Assembly (NCBI RefSeq): GCF_009914755.1
Contig: NC_060925.1
Source: the human T2T-CHM13v2.0 reference genome, Homo sapiens
Length of the DNA stretch: 64,000 bases
Reading direction: 5' to 3' (one strand)
In this document: positions 39,386-52,435 of the stretch, one piece after another
Position numbering within the stretch: the first letter of the stretch is position 1
Layout of the letters: the number at the start of each line of letters is the position of its first letter
The notes under the pieces: model-generated
Databases searched by the model: none
Told to the model about the DNA's origin: nothing
Seen by the model: only the letters and a program-made list of their open reading frames with translations
Made by a program: the position numbers and the translations under genes

Positions 39386-40040
39386 CATGAAGAAACACTC
39401 TCTATGGTCAAGTTTTATCACCTGTCAGGGAATTCAAACACAGGCATATTAGCTACTGGAAGCATTCTGGGCAGCCTAGACTTACTTGCCCTGACCTGGA
39501 TGTAAAGCTCCACTTGCCCTGAATTTGCTTCTTTTATTTCTGCAGTAGAGTGGACAGCAGGGTGGTTAGCACTTTACATTTTGTGAACTCTCATCAGTGG
39601 ATGTGTTTGTATTTAATTCTACTTAAATATTATGAGTTTTTTTCTTATTAAAGACCTGACCTTAACATGCTTCTTAGGGAATAGCCTATGTATTCACCAA
39701 GAGAAATTGAACTCAGCAGGTTAAAATCTGACTGGAATAACTGAATCAAGAGGTTTGTAGAAAGCTTTAAGTTCTCAGTAGGGATTTTAGTCATTTGAAC
39801 AAGGATTTGAAATAAGTCCAGCAGGTGCCTAAGAATACATTTAGTAGTCTTTTTTTTTTTTTTTTTAAGTTCTGATTAAAAGAGCTTTTTCTGCTTTTCC
39901 TTTTGTCCTAAATACCAGTAGTAAAACCAAGGAGATTTCTCTGGAATTCTTGAGGGCCCTTCCCCACCTTTTCTGGGGAAGATGCTGTTTTAGTATAGAA
40001 TTGGCTTTTATTTTTATTTTTTAAAAATCTAATGGAGTTT

Positions 40041-40392
40041 TTGGGGTACTTTTGTTTGGGCTTTGTTGTTGTTGTTGTTGTTTTGTTTTGTTTTGTTTTG
40101 TTTTGTTTTTGAGACAGAGTCTTGCTATGTCGCCCAGGCTGGAGTGCAGTGGTGCAATCTGAGCTCACTGCAACCTCTGCCTCCTGGGCTCAAGTGATTC
40201 TCCTGCCTCAGCCATCCGAGTAGCTAGGATTATAGGTACCAACCACCACGGCCAGCTAGTTTTTGTATTTTTAGTAGAGACGGGGTTTTACCATGTTGGC
40301 CAGGCTGGTATTGAACCCCTCACCTCAGGTGATCTGCCTGCCTCAGCCTCCCAAAGTGCTGGAATTACAGACATGAGCCACAGCACCCAGTC
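40041..40392 (-). mobile_element. AluS-like, antisense, with (TTG)n(TTTTG)n tail
   Basis: Full dimer; degenerate TSD aaatctaatggagttt / aaatccaatagagttt. Confidence 0.92.
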
Positions 40393-40743
40393 AAATCCAA
40401 TAGAGTTTAATAATTGCATTCAAGGGGTAACCTTAACGTTTGACCAACTCAAATTCAACAAACCAAAATCCCTTAAGCAATTGGTCCCCTTTCCTACTTA
40501 AATAGAATTGGCTTTTAGGTAAATCACCAGAGAGCTATCAACTGAGCAAGAAAAATGACCACTGTTATTTGGACTAAAATGTTTCTTTTCTGTCTATAGA
40601 ACTTTTATAAAAGCTGAGTTACATTTATGCGGTGCTTGTGTGGTAGTGTGATTGAGGTTGCATTCATTTTTTAACTGAGTTGATAATGTGCTCAGAAGCT
40701 GGTGTGTAACCTACCTACTTCTGTTGCTTTTCTCCCTGCTCAG

Positions 40744-40927
40744 GTGTGGTTTCAGAATTGTAGAGCACGCCACAAGAAACACGTCAGTCCTAATCACTCA
40801 TCCTCCACCCCAGTCACAGCAGTCCCACCCTCCAGGCTGTCTCCACCCATGTTAGAAGAAATGGCTTATTCTGCCTACGTGCCCCAAGATGGAACGATGT
40901 TAACTGCGCTGCATAGTTATATGGATG
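40744..40927 (+). CDS. LHX8: LHX8 exon 8 (VWFQNCRARHKK...HSYMD), homeodomain helix 3 and C-terminal region
   Basis: Acceptor tttctccctgctcag| and donor ATG|GTAGGT; 184 nt; WFQN motif. Confidence 0.96.
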
Positions 40928-41289
40928 GTAGGTATCCCAACATTTAACAGCTGTCTCCCAGGCAATCAGCAACTGGTAACTTCTAATATTAGATTATTGA
41001 TACAATTCACATTTTGAAATATTACCTCAGTAGTAGCTGAAAAATATTGTGGGGGGTGCAGTAGAGAGCAAAATTATCCAAACATTTTTATTTCTGTGAT
41101 TACATTTTAAGGAAGAAGTTTAATACTCACTTTGCAGCTAAGATGCAAATATTAATAATGACTCAATGCTTGATCTTTACTTAGAAATTTTTTGTTTGTT
41201 TTTACCGGTAAATATTTAAATACTTTATTTCCTGTGATCAGAGCAAGTGTTCACTCAGATCTTTAGATGGGAGTTTAATAAGTTTTGTT

Positions 41290-44130
41290 AAAGAGTTGTT
41301 TTTTATAGAAGAAAATCATACATTTAGAAGAGTGCATACGTAATAACTATTCAGCTTGATGAATTAATAAAATGAATGTATCCATATAGATATTGCCCAA
41401 AGTAGCAGATATAATTAGCATTTCAGAAGCCTCTCTTATGTCTCCTTCCAATTATTATCCTTTTCTCCCAAAGTAACATGGCACTGATTTCTAAAACCAC
41501 CCTTTAGTTTTGCCCTTTTTGAACCACACAGAATGTATTTTGTGTCTCACTTCTTTCAATTACATTGTGAGATTCACCTATATTATTGTGAGAATCTGTT
41601 ATTTGTTTTCATTGTTATATAGAAATCCACTGTAGGAATATACCACAATTTATCCATTTCCTGGTTAATAGATATTTGTGTTTTTTCCAGTTTGTGCTTT
41701 TATGAATATGCTGCTATGGACTTTATTGTACATGCTTTTTGTGCACATTAATTCACATTTCTACTAGATATGTACCTGGGAGTGGGACATAAGGTCATGG
41801 GCTACACATATGCTCAACTTCAGTCATTCTGACAGATAGTTTTTCACAGTGGTTGAACCAGTTTACACCTTGACCAGCAGCAAGGTTCAAGGTGCTTCAC
41901 ATCCTCACCAACACTTGGTATGGTGTAACTTCCTGATATTAGCAAATTTGATGATTGTGCAGTGCAATCTTATTTTAATTTGCCTTTCCCTGATGACTGA
42001 GCATTTTTTCATCAGGTATTTGTATATTCTCTTTTGTGAAGAGCTGTACAAGTCTTTTTGTCTTTTGGCCTACTGGCTTGTCTTTATTATTTATTTAAAT
42101 GGATTTGCTTAATTTCTTCATGTAATCTGCATATAAAGCTTTTTGATAATTGTATGTGCTTAGAATATTTTCTCCTACTTAGTTGCTTGGCTTTTTCTAC
42201 TCTCTTAATGGAATGTTTCATTGAGCACAAGTTCCTAATTTTAATGTAGTTTATTTCATCATTTTTCCTTCATGAGCCATGCTTTTTTTGGTGACATGTG
42301 CAAGAAATTGTTTATACTCAAAGATAATGAAGATATATCTTCTATGATATCATCTAGAAACTTTGTTTTACCTTTGCTGTGTAGATTTACAATTCATTTG
42401 GAACTGAATTTTGTGTGTGGTGTGAGGTAGAAAGTGAAGCTTTTTTGTTATGTTGATGAAAATAGAAAATGTCCAGCTTCTCTGTAGAGACATATTTGCC
42501 ATAAATCAAATGTCCGTATGTTGTGTCAATTTCTGTACCTTCTGTTCTATTTTATTGGTCTATTTATTTTTGTGTTGCTACTTAATCATTCTAATCATGG
42601 TAGGTCTATAATTTTTAATATATGATAATGCGTTTCTATTTTGTTGTTATTCAAGTTTGTATTGCCCATTCTTGGCCCTTTATGTTTTCATAAAATTTAC
42701 CTACTTGTCTATTTCTACCCCAAAAGGGAAAACAATTAAGATTTTGATACAATCTATTACAGCAAATATATTGATCAATTTTAGGAAATTGCCATCTTAA
42801 CAGTATTTTCTTCCATACCATGAACTTTAGCATGTCTTTCCATTTGTTTAGATCATCTTTAAATCATCTCATGATTTAGACTTTTCTGTTTAGTAATCTT
42901 GCACATCTTCTGTTAAGTTTATCTCTAAGTATTTCTTTTGATTCAGTTGTAAGTGGTATTTTCTCTATAAGTAGAAATCTGGATTGGTAGTTATTTTCTT
43001 TCAGCACTTTGAAGATATGATTACCTTGTCTTCTGATTTTCATTGTTTGTTTTGCATATGGATAGCTAATTAACCTGGCCCCATTTATTGGTAAAGTCAG
43101 CTATTGACCTTCTTGCTCCTTCGAAAATAAACGTCTTTTTTCCTCAACTTTTTTCTTTGTGTTTGTCTTGAAAAAGTTTTACCATACTGTGCCTGGGTGT
43201 GCTTCTTGAATATGTAGTTTGATGTCTTTCATTATGGAAAATTCTCAGCTTTTGCCTCCTCAAATATTGTTTTTGCTCCTATGAAAAAATTTTCTTGTTT
43301 TCTTCTGAACTATTTTTCTAGTTCACTAATGCTCTCTATATCTAATATCCTGTAAAAAAATCATCCACCGACTTCTTAATTTATTATGTTTTTCAGTTTT
43401 AAGATTTCCATTTATATGCTGAAATCATCCATTTTGTCACTTTATCCTTATTTAAATTGTTATACTAAAGTTCAGGTGTGATAACTCCAATATCTGGATC
43501 TTTGGTGGGTCTATTCTGTTTTCTTAATTTTCCTCTTTATTTTCTTTCAAGTCATGTCTTGTTATTTGTCTTCTTATTTGCTATTGCATTTCAGATGTTG
43601 GGTATGAGTAACTAAAAATAATTTGAGGCTGTGGATGATATCTTTCACTAGAGAAGATTAGTTTTACCCCCCAGGTAGTCAGAATAGGGTGAAATCAACT
43701 TAATCCAATCAGGCACAAATCCTTAAGAGGGCTGGTATATTTTTGTTTTACTACTCCTTGGAGTTAGCCCTTTGGAATCACAAATGAATCCCTGTTTTGT
43801 TTTGTTTTCTGTTGTTGTTTTTAACTAGGGCTTCTCCTCTTCAGCGGGCCCTGCTCTTTAATTTTTGTTTCTCACCACTCTGCCAAAGTCTAACTTCTGA
43901 ATGCTCTGCTAAACTTCTTGGCCTATCAGACATTTGTTTTGTTTTAAATTGTCACTATCCTTGCGGGAGGAAAAGCATCCTCATTTTCTTTCCCTCCACT
44001 CTGGGACTTTGTAAGTCCTCACTACTTAAGTGTCTTTCAGATGCCTTCAAACAGATTTTAAAAATTTTGTCCAGATTTCCTAGTTGGTCTCAGAGAAAGG
44101 TTTGGTTTGAAGCAACATAGCCCTTGCTGA
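41290..44130 (-). mobile_element. old L1M (L1MC/ME-like) remnants in the last intron
   Basis: taccacaatttatccatttcctgg...catcctcaccaacacttggt...ttaatttgcctttccctgatgact...; the minus-strand ORF 42651-42833 overlaps decayed L1 ORF2-like sequence. Boundaries approximate. Confidence 0.7.
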
Positions 44131-44669
44131 AAGCAGAAACTTCATTTTAAGTTTTGGTTAGATAAAAAATCAGAGCCTGTACTGTTGTTGCCATTTACTT
44201 ATACTAGCATTAAAATTGTGTGTGTTCACATGAAACACAGTAGTGTTGCCTGAGTCCAGTGTGTTTTGATGTATGCTTAGGGAGGAGGTAATTAAACATT
44301 AATGAAAGAAACTTGGGGAAGATCATCCTATACAAACACCTTCATGAGAAAGCTAGCAGCAGCATCTCTGAAGAGGAACCCATGTCTTTCTAGCTTCAGG
44401 GTGAAGTGCAGTGAATGGGGTATGGATGGAGGACATTAAAATGGCAAAATCTTGTGGCCCCAAATAAAGATTTGGGGGTAAAACTGTTCCTGGACTCTCA
44501 CTATGCTGAATAGGTTAATGCTTCTGCTGAGGTCAGTGGAATGAGTGTAGCTTGGTGCCCTCAGCTATAATGAGTGATGAAAACATTGCCTTGGATTGTT
44601 TTTGTTTGTTTATAAATCAGTTTTATGCACCCTACAAAACTGATCCACAAATTTCTTTCTATTTTGTAG

Positions 44670-44746
44670 CTCATTCACCAACAACTCTTGGACTCCAGCC
44701 CTTGTTACCCCATTCAATGACACAACTGCCAATAAGTCATACCTAA
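44670..44746 (+). CDS. LHX8: LHX8 terminal coding exon (AHSPTTLGLQPLLPHSMTQLPISHT*)
   Basis: Acceptor tttctttctattttgtag|; phase-1 join gives GCT; TAA at 44744-44746; total CDS 1071 nt. Confidence 0.93.
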
Positions 44747-45385
44747 TTCTTTTTTCAGGGATAGACTTGATTAAGGATATAAATTTGTCATTTATTATGT
44801 ATAAAATACCATTGAAAAGATATTACTGTTAATTTTTTATTTAACACCTAAAGCATTTCCAACATCACTTTGCTGCCCAGGTATGTATCTATAGTTGGCC
44901 TGCAAGACACTTTTATTAATTCTTCATTTTTTGTAAAACTTATGTTTACAAGAAGAAAACAAATCAAAACATTTTTTGTATTGTCTGGAAATAGTTCACT
45001 CTAGTGTGTATCTGTTAATTTATTTGTCATCAAAAGAGCACTTTGCCTAAAAGAAAGGACTGACAAGTGTGCAAAATGTTTACAATCTTTTGTGAAATTG
45101 TAGTTTATCATTAGTTTGTATCTGTAAGTTATTGTAATAAATATTACCTGTATTTTTTGTTATATACAACTTTATACTTTGAAGCTTGTATCTGTGAATT
45201 TGCAACTGAAATTTATTTTGCCAATGTTTTCTGAATGAACTGAATAAAGCTTCTGTTGTAGCATGCCATGCAAACACATTATTGTGTTTGTGGTTGATGA
45301 ATTATGGCTGTAAATAACACTATAGTTTAATAAGCCCACCATTCTGAGTTTATTAAACATTTTCCATTCTTGTGAAAATTTCAAC
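44747..45385 (+). other. LHX8: LHX8 3'UTR (AU-rich)
   Basis: Follows the stop codon. Contains AATAAA at 45136 and 45243, ATTAAA at 45352, and many TGTA motifs. Confidence 0.8.
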
Positions 45386-45410
45386 CAGTTTGTCCTTTTT
45401 GTGTGTTTTC
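45352..45410 (+). terminator. polyadenylation signal ATTAAA with downstream GU/U-rich element; alternative AATAAA at 45136 and 45243
   Basis: ATTAAA 45352-45357, CA at ~45383, then tttgtcctttttgtgtgttttc at 45389-45410. Confidence 0.65.
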
Positions 45411-47591
45411 AGCAGTAAGTTGACTTTAGTCTCTTTAAAATCTAACAACTAATAAGTTTAAAAAGTATTGTGTTTTGAGCTGCATTGTATGAATACATTT
45501 GAGTAGGAAACATATTATTCAAAAAAAAAAAAAACACAGTAAAACATTTAATTTGGCAAAAATTGTCTTTTAGGCCAGCTAATAAAATCAATGTGAAAGA
45601 GAAGGCAGAACACTTTTCAGAATGGACTTCGGAGGGTATTACAAGCCAGAAATGAAATATGGGCCATAATATATTTCTTCAGGAGTGAAAAAAGAGAACT
45701 AAAAGTTTCTAGAGCAAGAACTCTTTGCATTTTCTTCTTGGTGAATACCCTTTAGGGATGGTGATTCTGAGAGCTGAAATCTTAAACCTCAGGACTTTAT
45801 CTTATGTGGCAGTGGACTTACAAATTTTTGAATTTAAAGAATTTAGTACTCACTTTTTGTCTTTTTATATGCCAGTTGGGGAAGAAAAAAGGTAATGAGA
45901 AAAAACTTTTAGAACTTAGGTTTAAGTCTGTGTTTAACTGAGCAGATTTGCATCAGGCTGAGGACTGGAAATAATAGCAGAGTATTTGTAATTTTATTCT
46001 AGTAATCATAAATACAACCAGAAAGTAATCATATGGATATAAGTAACTTATCTGCCTGAAACCAGAAGCAACAAACCTGCTTCATTATGGGAGAAAGGGG
46101 AGGGATTTTTTTTTTTTTTAAACCGGCTACTCTATTTTAAATCCCTTTGTAGCCAGAAGTCAACCCATCTAATCTTGAGCCTGATGCTAATCTCTGTGGG
46201 TTTTTGTCTACCTGTCCCAGGCATGAAGTGATGAGGTCAGCTTTACCTTTACCTGATGTCTAGGAAAGCTTTTGTAGTATAGCCAAGCTCTGCACTGTTA
46301 GCAGTTTACAGCATTTCCCAGCTGACTATAATTGGCATCCCTTAGCTTGGGAGGTGGCTGATTGTGAGTATTCATTTTTATTTGCTGTCTTTTTCCTGTG
46401 CTCATCATCCTCTGACTCTGTACAGAGAGTTTTTACAAAATATATCACCACCCTTTTTAGTTCCAAAGATGAATGCCCAAAGTTGAAGTAAAACTTCCTA
46501 ACAAAGAGGCTCAAAGCTATCAAAATAGATGAGATTTATATATCCTGAATATAAAACTGTTAATCATGAAAAGAGATAGATGTGAAAGTACTAAAAATAT
46601 GATATGTGATAGAAGCTTCTGACTTTGCTATCTCTAGCCAGAGATCTTATTTTTAAAACCTAATATTAGGAAAGAATTGAAGTATTTCCATGCTAGTAAT
46701 ATTCAGTGTTTAAGTATGTGAGCACAATACTTACTTGAAATTGAGTATGGTCAGCTTTTGTGAAGATTAGAGAAAGAAAACTCTATATTGTTGGAGTAGC
46801 AAAGATGTGGGTAACAAGTAGTTATCTCTTAGGTGTGAAGACATTCATGAGCTGTGAGAGGGTAGGATACCTTTTTTTTTTTTTTTGCAATTCAAATCAA
46901 GAATCCCATTCAAACATTGAAATGGAAGTCACACTAAGTCAATACTCTTTAAGTGATTCTTTTTATTTGGACAAGGTAGTATTTAGTAGTAGTTTTACAT
47001 TTGACAAATGTCATTTTTAAAATTCCACATCACTCGTTGTAAATTATAAGTACACCTGTTTTGAATATCCCATAATAAACATTGTTAGATAGAATCACAG
47101 CTCATGCTTTTAAAATTTGTTACAGTCATCTGAAAGCTGATAGCTGTAGTATTTCTTGATGTGGTATATTATGTGTATAATTACTCTACTAGCATGATTA
47201 AACTAGGTGGCATATTGGGACTTTTGTTATGGCATGGATGACTTTACCAGTTAGCAAAAGTAATGTTTCTATTTTATTATTTAGAACAGAAGTAATTTAG
47301 GTTGCAATACACTAAGTACCAAAAGTATATTAGTGTAGGAAAAATTCTCAATGGCTCCTACCGGAGGAGATAAAGAAACTGATATTAGCACTATATGATT
47401 TTTACTCTTTTGAAACACAACTAAATATTTAGATGGATCTGAGTCCAAAACAAGTTCAGGTACACTGGATGACATCTCATAAACATCTACTTGGATTCAA
47501 TCAGATAGTAAGTACTATTTTGTAGCCTACATTTTCCCTTTAGTAAATATCTTTACAAGTCAAATATTACCTACAATATCATTTTAATTGA

Positions 47592-47936
47592 TATATAGTA
47601 CTATGTCCCCTCAAATTTCTTGTATTAAAACATAGTCTGCAATGTGGTGGTATTAAGAGGTAGGGCTTTTGAAAGATAACCAGGTCATGAGGGAAGAACC
47701 CTTGCAAATGGGATTAGTGCCCTTATAAAAGAGACCTAAGGGGCTTGTTTGCCCCTTTGGCCTTCAGCCATGTGAAGACACACAGGTGCCATCTATGAGG
47801 ACTGGGTCCTCACCAGACAGAATCTGCTGGTGCCTTGATCTTGTTCACTACCTCCAGAACTGTGACCAATACATTTCTGTTGTTCATAAATTACCCTGTC
47901 TGATATTTTGTTATAGCAGCCTGAATGGACTAAAAC
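47592..47936 (+). mobile_element. solo MaLR LTR (MLT1A/MST-like)
   Basis: atgtcccctcaaattt...aatgggattagtgcccttataaaagagacc...gccatgtgaagacac...ttgttatagcagcctgaatggactaaaaca. Confidence 0.85.
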
Positions 47937-48580
47937 ATATAGTATTACACTGCTTGAATAAAACAATTTTATTAGATAAATAGGTTGTATCTAACTTTTT
48001 ATTATTATGAATAGAGCCTAACATTGTGAGCACTTTCAGGATGTCCTGTTTGAGTGCCTCAGGGGTATTTTGATATGTATTCACAGCAACTTCATGAAAT
48101 GGATTCTATTATCACCCTTATTTTACAAACATAGAAATTAAAAAATTGATATGTCCACTATCTTGGTGGCAAGTAACAAAGCCAGTATTTGGATTTAGCA
48201 GCTCAGTGATTCCAGATGCCATAATCTTAACCACTATGCTATACTATTACCATTTTAAATGACACTGTGAAGGCATCTTTGTGGCTACCTGCTACCTTTT
48301 AATGTATATTCTTATTTCCCCAGTGTGAATTCTTGGAAGTGGAATGGATGTGCATGCATAGGTTTAAAAGGCTCTTGAAATGCATTGATTTCCCACCAAA
48401 TGTTGCACTAAATTACATCTCCACCAGCAGTGTTTGAAGTGTTTTTGGAACCCTTGTCTGTCCTGCCTAAATTGGAGTTGATAAATATTTTTTAATCTTA
48501 TACTCAAAAATACAATTTTAAAAAACTTTATTTATTACTTGATATAAAATTGTAGTTTGCATTTCGGAGAACCAGTATCC

Positions 48581-48826
48581 TTTTTTTTTTTTTTTTTTCC
48601 AGGCAGAGCCTCGCTGTGTTCCAACTACTGGGCACAAGTGATCTTCCCAAGTAGCCAGAACTACAGATGCATGCCACCACACACCACACAAATTTTTTTT
48701 TGTAGAGACTAGGTCTTGCTATATAATATGACGCACAGGCTGGTCTCGAATTCCTGGGTTCAAGCAGTCCTCCCACCTGTCTTCCCAAAGTGCTGAGATT
48801 ATAGGCATGAGCCACTACGTCCAGCC
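48581..48826 (-). mobile_element. degenerate, internally deleted AluJ-like, antisense
   Basis: poly-T, ...cttcccaaagtgctgagattataggcatgagccactacgtccagcc; TSD-like gagaaccagtatc / gaaaactagtatc. Confidence 0.85.
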
Positions 48827-51039
48827 GAAAACTAGTATCTTATAAAGGGGCTAAATTTAAGCACAAGCTGCCACTTTTGTGACTTTTTTTTGCCTTTAGT
48901 TATTCTGCATATATTACTAAAGTGAGCATTCATTAGGATTTTTTCAGCTGAGGTTTCATTCACTTGATATCAAATGTTTTACTTTAGTACCTGGCACTCT
49001 ATCATATTCTGTTTTCTTTGTTGCTGATTATGGTGATAACTTTATTACATGGTCCTTCATACTTTTTAAATGCGTTTCTGTATATCATCATGCTCTCATT
49101 CAACAGATGAGGGAATTGAAATTTAGGAAGCTTCAATTAACATAATTAGGCCTTTGGTTTTAATATGCAAGAATTCTCCAGGGCACCAGATTATTTTTAT
49201 AAATGTATAGAGATCTTAGGAGAATAAATTAACAAATTTCCCCCAGTTCCTTGAGTTTCATAAGAAATAGACTGCCATAGGCTTAGAGGATGTGAAAACC
49301 ACTGCAAGGAACTGCTTCTCCTTTTCTAAATTGTCATCAAGTACAGTACTTACCACAAAGATCTGAACTTGCTAGGGGGCTGAGAGTGGAGTTTAGGGAT
49401 GGACTGTGTATGGGCACTTGTATGGGGGTATCAATGGAGGAAAAAAAGATGTTAAGAAATAAAGAATAGAAGGGGTCCTGGGGAGGTAGAAACAACATCT
49501 GTCTTGCTCTCCATTACATTCCCCAGTTCCTGCCACCAAGTAAGCACTCAGGGATTGAATGAGGGTGGTAGAAAAACAATCAGAATAAGACTCTATGTTT
49601 GAGCGTCCTAGGATAACTTCAAATTCCAAAACAGATCTTTTCAAATCCTTAAGGAAAATATTCTACCCTTCCTTTAGCAAATATCTTATATACCTGTGGC
49701 AATTTATATTCTTTTTACACCATTTAGCATGGAATGGGAGACAGCTGGATTTTGACACTTTCTCTGACACCAATTAACTGTATCCCAAGGACACTTAAGC
49801 CTCCCTGCATGCTGATTTCCTCAACAGTAAAAGGAAAGTTTTTATGAAGCAAAAGTGAGATGAATGGAAAAAAGACATGGTAAAAACATGATCCATTAAT
49901 TTTGAAGGGCGGGGTTAGTGGCAGGAAATCAGGCACTCTGAGGCCGGGCAGTTGGAGGTGATGGAGCACCAGAAGTTTGGCAAGCACTGCCCTATCCCAG
50001 GCAACCCCAGGAACAAAGCACTTTGTGCATTTCTTTAAATAAAGTCAGAGGTGGAGCATCTATGCTGCTAATGAGTTACACATTCTCCAGCAAAGTGTTT
50101 TTACTCCAACCTCCCTACAAATGGAAAACATCTATTTCCTGTCTACATTAACTCCCTTCTTGATCTTAAAGAATTATTCAGTCAAGTAGAGGTGTGACCT
50201 TCTGTGATTTGGATGTAGAGAGTCTGTAAAATTTAGTTTGCAGAAATGATTTGAATGTTTTCCAAAATAATTTTCTTAAACCCAAAGGAATTATGATGCC
50301 ATATTTGAAAATGGAAACCATTGTTACAAATTCAATTTCAAAATATTTACTTCCCGGAACCAGGGTGATGTCTCTAGAGAACCACTACTAGTTATTAGCT
50401 CATTTCTTTCAGATGTATTGGAATAAGTCTGTTATTTTGCCAGCATGGTTCTGAACCACAAATTTCATCTTTGGTTGAAACTCCTCCAAGCGAGACCATA
50501 TGCAATTTTCCTAGTTCATCATTTGTCTTTCAGAAGACAGCATGGTGCATTTATGACAATGGTAAAAACATGTCTCAGAAGTCTTGGTGAACAAAACTAG
50601 CTTGACAGGCTCCACAGTAGAGCCTAGCACTTGCAAAGGGTCATCAATGGAACCAAGGTGGGAGAAGGATCGGGAAACTTCTAACAAAGACTTGGATCCA
50701 ATCCTATAATGGGCTTCCTCTCCTGTTAGGATAGAATGAGGGCGATGAGACAGTCTACAGGAAATTCATGGGCTCAGAGGAGCATGCAGTGCTCATGTAG
50801 GGCAGGGGATAAGGTGTCGAAGTGGAGCTGAGCTGGCACAGGAGCAGGCAGGGCAAAGGCAGAGTTGCAGCCTCTGTGTGTCACTTGCCTGCTTGTGTTC
50901 TAATCTGAGAGTGGACTTCTGGCCTTTGTGAAGCATTAGTTTATTCTGCTCTGTCATGGACATCTGCAGGAATGGCATGGCAGTAGGGCTGAAGCTACAT
51001 TACAGACAACATGGAGAAGTATCACAAAAACTTTCACGT

Positions 51040-51240
51040 CATGCTGTCTGGAGTCCTCGTTTTGCCACATCCCACCATGGTGACTGTGGGCAAGTTATTA
51101 AACTGCGCTGTGCCAGAGTTTTCTCATATGCAAAATGGACTAATAATAGCACTTTTCCCAAATGGTTATTGTGACCCTGTGATAAGATAGTACATATAAA
51201 GTACTTAGAAAAGTATCTGGTGCACAATAAACCCTGAAAG
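51040..51240 (+). mobile_element. MIR
   Basis: gtgactgtgggcaagttattaaactgcgctgtgccagagttttctcatatgcaaaatggactaataatagcac. Further MIR pieces lie at ~53100-53300, ~54790-54880 and ~57020-57220. Confidence 0.7.
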
Positions 51241-52001
51241 TTATCTGTATTTATTCCTTGGTAAACTAACTCCTAACACCAGAGGAAAAAAAATGCCACC
51301 ATCTTTCACTAGCTTTCCCTCTCCTTTCTCCATTTCTCTTTTCCTGACTAACAATTCCTCATCATCCAGGACCAAGCTCAAATATCATCCCCTCCAGGAA
51401 GCCTGCCCTGATTGTTCCCCACACCCCACCCCAATGTGGGTGAGTTCTTTGTGTTCCCATCATTTCCTCAAAGGATATCTCTACACTTTAATAAGTTTTA
51501 TTATAATTTTCCTTCCTCAGTTTTGTCTCAAGATTAGACTAGAGACCCTAGACTATTCATGTTAGGGTTTCTAGGAGCTAGCACAGGGCATTGACAGAGC
51601 AGTCTCTTGCCATGGTTAATTTACTCCATGCCAGGATCCCAGGGACAGCCTTTCCCCAGCAACTCCTCAGCCTGGGCTACACGATGGCCCATGGAAGTTC
51701 TCTGCCTCAGATGGAACTGTTTCTTGTTCTCTTCGACTAAGCAAAACAGACAGGTTGGGTCATTATCGAGTAATTCAGGCAAGAGAAGCAGCCAAACACA
51801 TGTTTTTATCTGAGTTACCCAAATTGGCTGACTCCCCAGCCTGCAGTTACTGGGTAATTGCTCAATCTTCCATTTGGCTTTTACTGTGTAAATGTGGCTG
51901 CAGAGTCTTTTTATTTCTCTCGAATGGCTCCTCCCATTTTCTGTCTAATATAGGTTAAAATGTAAAGTTTTCTTTTTCCTCTGCCCGCAGTAGCTGTCTA
52001 G

Positions 52002-52435
<434 letters not shown>

